Shown in pieces: positions 36,447 to 41,242 of a stretch of DNA of 41,242 nucleotides. The stretch lies in NCBI RefSeq assembly GCF_004010195.1, contig NC_057718.1, positions 40,563,362 to 40,604,603 of the forward strand, written 5' to 3'. Numbering within the stretch: the first letter of the stretch is position 1; the number at the start of each line of letters is the position of its first letter. This stretch comes from Chiloscyllium plagiosum (Eukaryota). Below the pieces are notes generated by a model. It did no database searches. It was not told the origin of the DNA and was given only the letters and a program-made list of their open reading frames with translations. The translations under genes and the position numbers were made by a program.

Positions 36447-37060
36447 CATGGTGGCTCAGTAGCACTGCTGCCTCATAGCCAGGGACCTGAGTTCGGTTCC
36501 AGCCTCGGGCGACTGTCTGTGTGGAGTTTGCACATTCTCCCTTTGTCTGTGTGGGTTTCCTCCCGCTGTCCAGGTTGGGGTGAATTGGCCAGGCTAAATT
36601 GCCCATAGTGTTCAGGGATGTCTGGGTTAGGTGCATTAGATTAGATTCCCTACAATATGGAAACAGGCCCTTTGGCCCAAACAGTCCACACAGAATCTCC
36701 GAAGAGTAACCCACCCAGACCTATTTCCCTCTGACTAATGCACCTAATACTATGGGCAATTTAGCATGACCAATTCACCTGACCTGCGCATCTTTGGACT
36801 GTGGGAGGAAATCGGAGTATCTGGAGGAAACCCATGCAGACATGGGGAGAACGTGCAAACTCCACACAGACAGTTGTCTGAGGCTTGAATTGAACCTGGG
36901 ACCCTGGTGCTGTGAGGCAGTAGTGCTAACCACTGAGCCACCATGAGAAAATGTACAGTAACAGGGTAGGGAAAGGGTCTGTTTGGAATACTCTTCAAAG
37001 GGTTGGTGTGGACTGGTTGGGCCAAATGGCAAATTTCCACACTGTAGGGTTTCTACGATT
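36447..37060 (+). mobile_element. HE1-type SINE interrupted by a second copy (5' part ~36447-36639, 3' part ~36946-37060)
   Basis: Head ggtggctcagtagcactgctgcctca..gttcggttcc. Body resumes after 36945 and ends ttccacactgtagggtttctacgatt. Confidence 0.8.
36635..36945 (-). mobile_element. Full-length HE1-type SINE nested antisense
   Basis: Minus strand A box tggctcagtgg, B box ggttcaattc, core, and (TCTAA)n tail at 36635-36647. Confidence 0.9.
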
Positions 37061-38400
37061 TAGCACAGAGAATGCATTCAATTTGTTGAGGAGTATCCTG
37101 AATTCTCATCATTTTGTTCAGGTTTGTAAATGGACCTTACCTGGACACATTGCATGTGCTCTTGCTGGCCTACAACTTGCAGAAGCTTTGAGTTAGGCAC
37201 AGAAGTATTAAATATCTCTCATGTAATGAATACAAAATTGCCCCAGGAATATAAATTAGGCTTTTTTTTAAAATGGAGAGGAAGCCCCAACTTTGTTTTG
37301 GCATTACTGTAATGTGTCATTTTTCACCACAAATATCCAGAAATTCTATCCAGGCTGCAAGGATCAGGAAACATTTCAGACACACCCAACAAACCAGAAA
37401 TTTGTTTGCCATGTTCATGCATTAACCTCAAATTAATGTCATATCTTCAGCATAGATTTGTAGACAGAATGGAATCTGACAATATAATGAGTTACTTACA
37501 TGCATCAAATGCTATACATAAACTAATATATTTAAATTGTGCACATTTGGAGAAAAAGAAGAAAAATTACTGTTTTTTAAAAAAAATTCAAATACTTGAA
37601 TACATTATTTAAAAAGTGCAAGTTGCCTAAATCCCTTCGCTTTCCACAATGTTTCATTTTTGTGAGGATAATTGGAGATAACATTTCGAGAGGAACATGT
37701 TTCTGCTAAAGGTTTCTCCACTTGAATTTTGAAATCTGTAAATGGGGTAGCTTAACTATTTTCAGTTGATAATGGAGTTTAAACTCAGATCTATTGACTA
37801 GGACCTTAAATAAGAACTGACAGAAATATTTGATTGTTTTAGTCTCATGGTCATTAATTTACTCCTTTAAAAATCATAATGACTGTGGAACAGCAAACAA
37901 GCAAGACTTTGAGAGATTTGAATAAAAGCAGATACCAATATACTAGCAATTCTGCTTGTGCCAGGCACAGAGAATCAGATTTTAACTGTTCATGTAATCT
38001 TCTTTATTTCTGGTTCTGATTTGCATCAATTTTCACTGTAGCTGATGGCAACACAGTTTTGCAGTTGATTATGATGACATTATCTTACAGGGCTTCCCTG
38101 TAATCAACATATTTTAAAATTTACATCATGATTTAATATCGGAGAACGGCTGTGTATTTGGGGCAACAATGGGTTGCAATTAATGTGCTATTGCTCACTG
38201 ACAGCTGTGACATTGCTTTAATATCCATTGTTTCTCAGATGGAAGAGAAAAGAGCAAGAATAATAACACAAAACCAATTAAAATTGTAAATAATTATCAC
38301 CATTTTAACAGCTGAAGAATACAAGTGATTATCAAAGAATCATGGAACTATTTCAGTGCAGAAAAAGGCCATTTGACTCATTGAGCCTGCGCTAATTCTG

Positions 38401-38698
38401 ATTAGATTAGATTCCCTACAGTGTGGAAACAGGCCCTTCAGCCCTGCAAAGAGTAACCCACCCAGACCCATTTCCCTCTGACTAATGCACCTAGCACTAT
38501 GGGTAATTTATCATGGCCAATTCACCTAACCTGCACATCTTTGGACTGTGGGAGGAAACCGGAGCACCCGGAGGAAACCCACACAGACACAGGGAGAATG
38601 TGCAAACTCCACATAGACAGTCATCTAAGGCTGGAATTGAATCTGGGACCTTGGTACTGTGAGGCAGCAGTGCTAACCACTGAGCCACCGTGCCACCC
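38401..38698 (-). mobile_element. Full-length HE1-type SINE
   Basis: Minus strand gggtggcacggtggctcagtggttagcactgctgcctcacag...gattcaattccagcc...tagggaatctaatctaat. Confidence 0.9.
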
Positions 38699-38788
38699 AG
38701 TGTTTAGTTTAGATATGATGAAAAACTAATTATACTACATTCTGTCCACAATAATTCCTTTATTCTTTTATTTTTTTCAAGTTCAAGT

Positions 38789-38794
38789 TTTATT
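38789..38794 (-). promoter_or_regulatory. Candidate polyadenylation signal for the minus-strand gene
   Basis: AATAAA on minus ~380 nt after the stop; further copies at 38767-38772 and 38759-38764. AT-rich context weakens this. Confidence 0.3.
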
Positions 38795-39170
38795 CAATTT
38801 AAGAATAAGTGAAAGAAATATCTTTAAAATTAAATAGCCCCAACCAAGTACAACGATCTCCAATACCAGTAATGCCTATCAAAAACATATCCTAGAGACC
38901 TCTCTGAACCCTCCAAGTCTCCTTTAATACAAAGCCTTACATTCAAACATTTCCTCATAACCACAGATTTTTCAATTTCACTTCGTCCAGGCAGAACTTG
39001 AAGTGACCATCTCTCATCTTCCTGTCTCCAACAGAATGCGAAAAAAAATCCTCTGAGCACTGCAATAACCAGAGCGACAGAAAAATCCCCATTATTCTGG
39101 GAAACAGAACACTGATGTTCGTATAAAATAATTCAACTGAGTCTTACAATGAAGCATTAAATTATAACAC

Positions 39171-39434
39171 TCAATTGAGCTGTTTGACCTTGTCCGAACT
39201 GCACATGTCATAACTGCTGTCATTATGACTAGAAGGCTTTCTTTTGTAAGTATGAATATGAGATAACTCTCCTTCATCTAATTTCTTCTTGTCCCCTTGA
39301 CTCAATAATACATTGTGGTTGTTCATCTCTGAGACATTGACAACTGTCCAACTGGGGAGAAATGAAGTCTGGACGTGAATATGGATTTGGTTCTTCAAGT
39401 CTACAGAATGTAACTCTGTTAATATGGGCTCTCC
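39171..39434 (-). CDS. Probable terminal coding exon of an unidentified host gene (GEPILTELHSVDLKNQ...DKVKQLN*)
   Basis: Acceptor atgcag|GGA with ctgac branch-like motif ~25 nt upstream, though the pyrimidine tract is weak. 87 open codons then TGA. Phase 0 matches the upstream donor. Non-repetitive sequence. Confidence 0.5.
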   Translation of the reverse strand, partial: GEPILTELHSVDLKNQIHIHVQTSFLPSWTVVNVSEMNNHNVLLSQGDKKKLDEGELSHIHTYKRKPSSHNDSSYDMCSSDKVKQLN

Positions 39435-39576
39435 CTGCATTCAGATAATGTGATCATAGTCAGCAATTAATTGCAGAAAGAATGCATTAAATATTAAAGT
39501 TATCTTCACATGACCTTTTAAATTGAAGTGAGGTTTAAAAGTTGAATGTTTAATCATGAATGTAACCTTTACTTAC

Positions 39577-39686
39577 ATCAACGACTTGTGAGTTTTTGTT
39601 TTTAGCCAGTCTGTAGTTTACTTCTCTGAACATAGCAGTCTCAGTTGTTGAGGACAATTCGTACAAGAGGAATTCAGTACAGCAAC
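39577..39686 (-). CDS. Probable penultimate coding exon (xCCTEFLLYELSSTTETAMFREVNYRLAKNKNSQVVD)
   Basis: Strong acceptor tttctcatttttcag|G and consensus donor GAT|gtaagt. 110 nt, only one open frame (phase 1 to phase 0), splicing in frame over a 142-nt intron. Confidence 0.6.
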
Positions 39687-40264
39687 CTGAAAAATGAGAA
39701 ACTGTTGGCAGATTTTTTTCTGGGACTGGACACACAGAAATAAAACTATCAGGGTAAGAAATCACAAATGACACAAAATATGAAGCATTCATCTGAAAAG
39801 GGTGAGTAAATTATTGCCCATCTGTGAAACCTGCAGCCAACTAAAGGCCCAGTGAATTTAAAAATATTCCAAATATGATCATCTGATTCTTATGAAATAT
39901 GACTATTGTGATTTGAAAAACACACACATCACTGCCTGACCTGTAATACTTCCTGACATTTCACAGCTTCTGATATGTGCTTCATTCTTTATGCAGTCTT
40001 CATCCTATATTTTCTAGTCCATCTGTTTAGAGATGTTATCACATACCTCTGAAGTAGCTGGGACTTCTCTTTTAGAAGTGTCACCACTACTGCATCACAA
40101 GGATCCTCAACTTTCATTCTTTATTGCTTCCTCACTGATTAAAAAAAATGCAACCTCCTTTACACATATTTGCTGTAATACATATTTGTCTATCTTCAAA
40201 ATACAGGTTTGGGAAAACAAGTCTTAATTGGATAGACCTTAAAATGGGTGTGATAATTGTAATT

Positions 40265-40950
40265 CTTTATCACCCATTCTTGGGATGTGGGTGTCACTGG
40301 CTGGCCCGCATTTAGTGCCTATCCCTTGTTGCCTTTGGGAAGGTGGTGGTGAGCTGCCTCCTTGAACTGCTGCAGTCCACGTGCTGCTAGTCGACCCACA
40401 ATGCCATGAGGGAGGGAGTTCCAGGATTTTGACTCAGCGACACTGAAGGAACAATGATAGATTTCTAAGTCAGGATGATGAATTGCTTTGAGAGGAACTT
40501 ATAGGCGGTAGTGTTCCCAAGTATCTTCTGTCCTTGTCATTCTAGACTGAAGTGCTCATGGGTTTAGAAGGTACTGCCTGAGGATCTTTGATGAATATCT
40601 GCAGTGCATCTTTTAGATAATGCACAATGCTACTACTGAGTATAAGTGGTGCAGGGAGTGGATGCTTGTGGATGTGGTGCCAATCAAGTGGACTGCTTTG
40701 GCTTAGATGGTGTCAAGCTTCTTGAGTGTTTTTGGAGCTGCACTAGACAAGTGGGTGAGGAATATTCCATCACACTACTGACTTATGCCTTGTAGATGAT
40801 GATGATTCCTGATGAAGGGCTTTTGCCTGAAACATTTATTTTCCTGCACCTTGGATGCTGCTTGACCTGCTGTGCTTTTCCAGCACCACTCTAACCTTGA
40901 CTCTAATCTCCAGCATCTGCAGTACCCACTTCTGCCTTGTAGGTGATGGA
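40265..40950 (-). mobile_element. CR1/L2-group LINE 3' fragment interrupted by a pLTR
   Basis: Minus strand near 40660-40800 translates roughly IYKA.VSSVMEYS...APKTLKKLDTI..KAVHLIG, a post-RT ORF2 C-terminus. Confidence 0.7.
40802..40932 (+). mobile_element. Solo PLE pLTR with HHR core and 16-bp TSD
   Basis: CUGAUGA 40809-40815, gggc-uuuu-gccu, GAAA 40829-40832. TSD tgccttgtagatgatg (40786-40801) / tgccttgtaggtgatg (40933-40948). Confidence 0.88.
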
Positions 40951-41021
40951 CAATTAACACATATCCATAGATTGTGATGCAGACAGCACACTAACGTTGT
41001 GTTGTCTTTTCAACTAACTGA

Positions 41022-41242
41022 TTTTTTTTTAATTTCAAAAATATACTTTATTCATAAAATAATATGATGGTCTGTACAGTTGGTCATGCCATACATATGT
41101 AAACATGTACATACAGAGATCAGAATTTATCATTTTTATACAGGTCTGTACATTTTTCAATCATATGCCCATATGATTAGCTGAGGCGTCAGCAGAGCCC
41201 AAATGACTGCATGGACCCCCTGTTCTTCATTAGGCAGGCAGA
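41022..41242 (-). mobile_element. Probable 3' end of a polyadenylated non-LTR retrotransposon (L1/Tx1-like)
   Basis: On minus, AATAAA (tttatt 41047-41052) lies ~20 nt before an A-run (t-tract 41022-41030). Family call from memory. Confidence 0.5.

Noticed and set aside
36880..36945. tRNA-like A/B boxes as tRNA genes (also ~38630-38698, ~23100-23160, ~24912-24990)
   Set aside because: They are SINE heads continuing into repeated SINE bodies, with no full cloverleaf.

Overview
This is eukaryotic, repeat-rich vertebrate DNA, most likely from a cartilaginous fish (shark). That assignment is inferred from memory of HE1-type V-SINEs, SacSINE1-type DeuSINEs, CR1 LINEs with (ATGACTCT)n tails and abundant Penelope-like elements (PLEs). 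No prokaryotic features are present. Most listed ORFs are transposon fragments or chance ORFs. The window holds several PLE copies with RT and GIY-YIG remnants, about ten short PLE pseudo-LTR (pLTR) insertions carrying minimal hammerhead-ribozyme (HHR) motifs, two long CR1 copies, a decayed Gypsy gag-pol, a probable solo LTR, several SINEs and two assembly gaps. It probably also holds the last two coding exons of an unidentified minus-strand host gene (39171-39686). The most unusual signal is a TSD-flanked insert at 10968-11190 made of two antisense tRNA-Glu 3'-end+trailer fragments fused to an HHR-bearing pLTR. Second is a recurring 'minus arm + plus arm joined at their 5' ends' geometry of PLE insertions at 0.2-3 kb scales. 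Family names come from recognition, not database searches.
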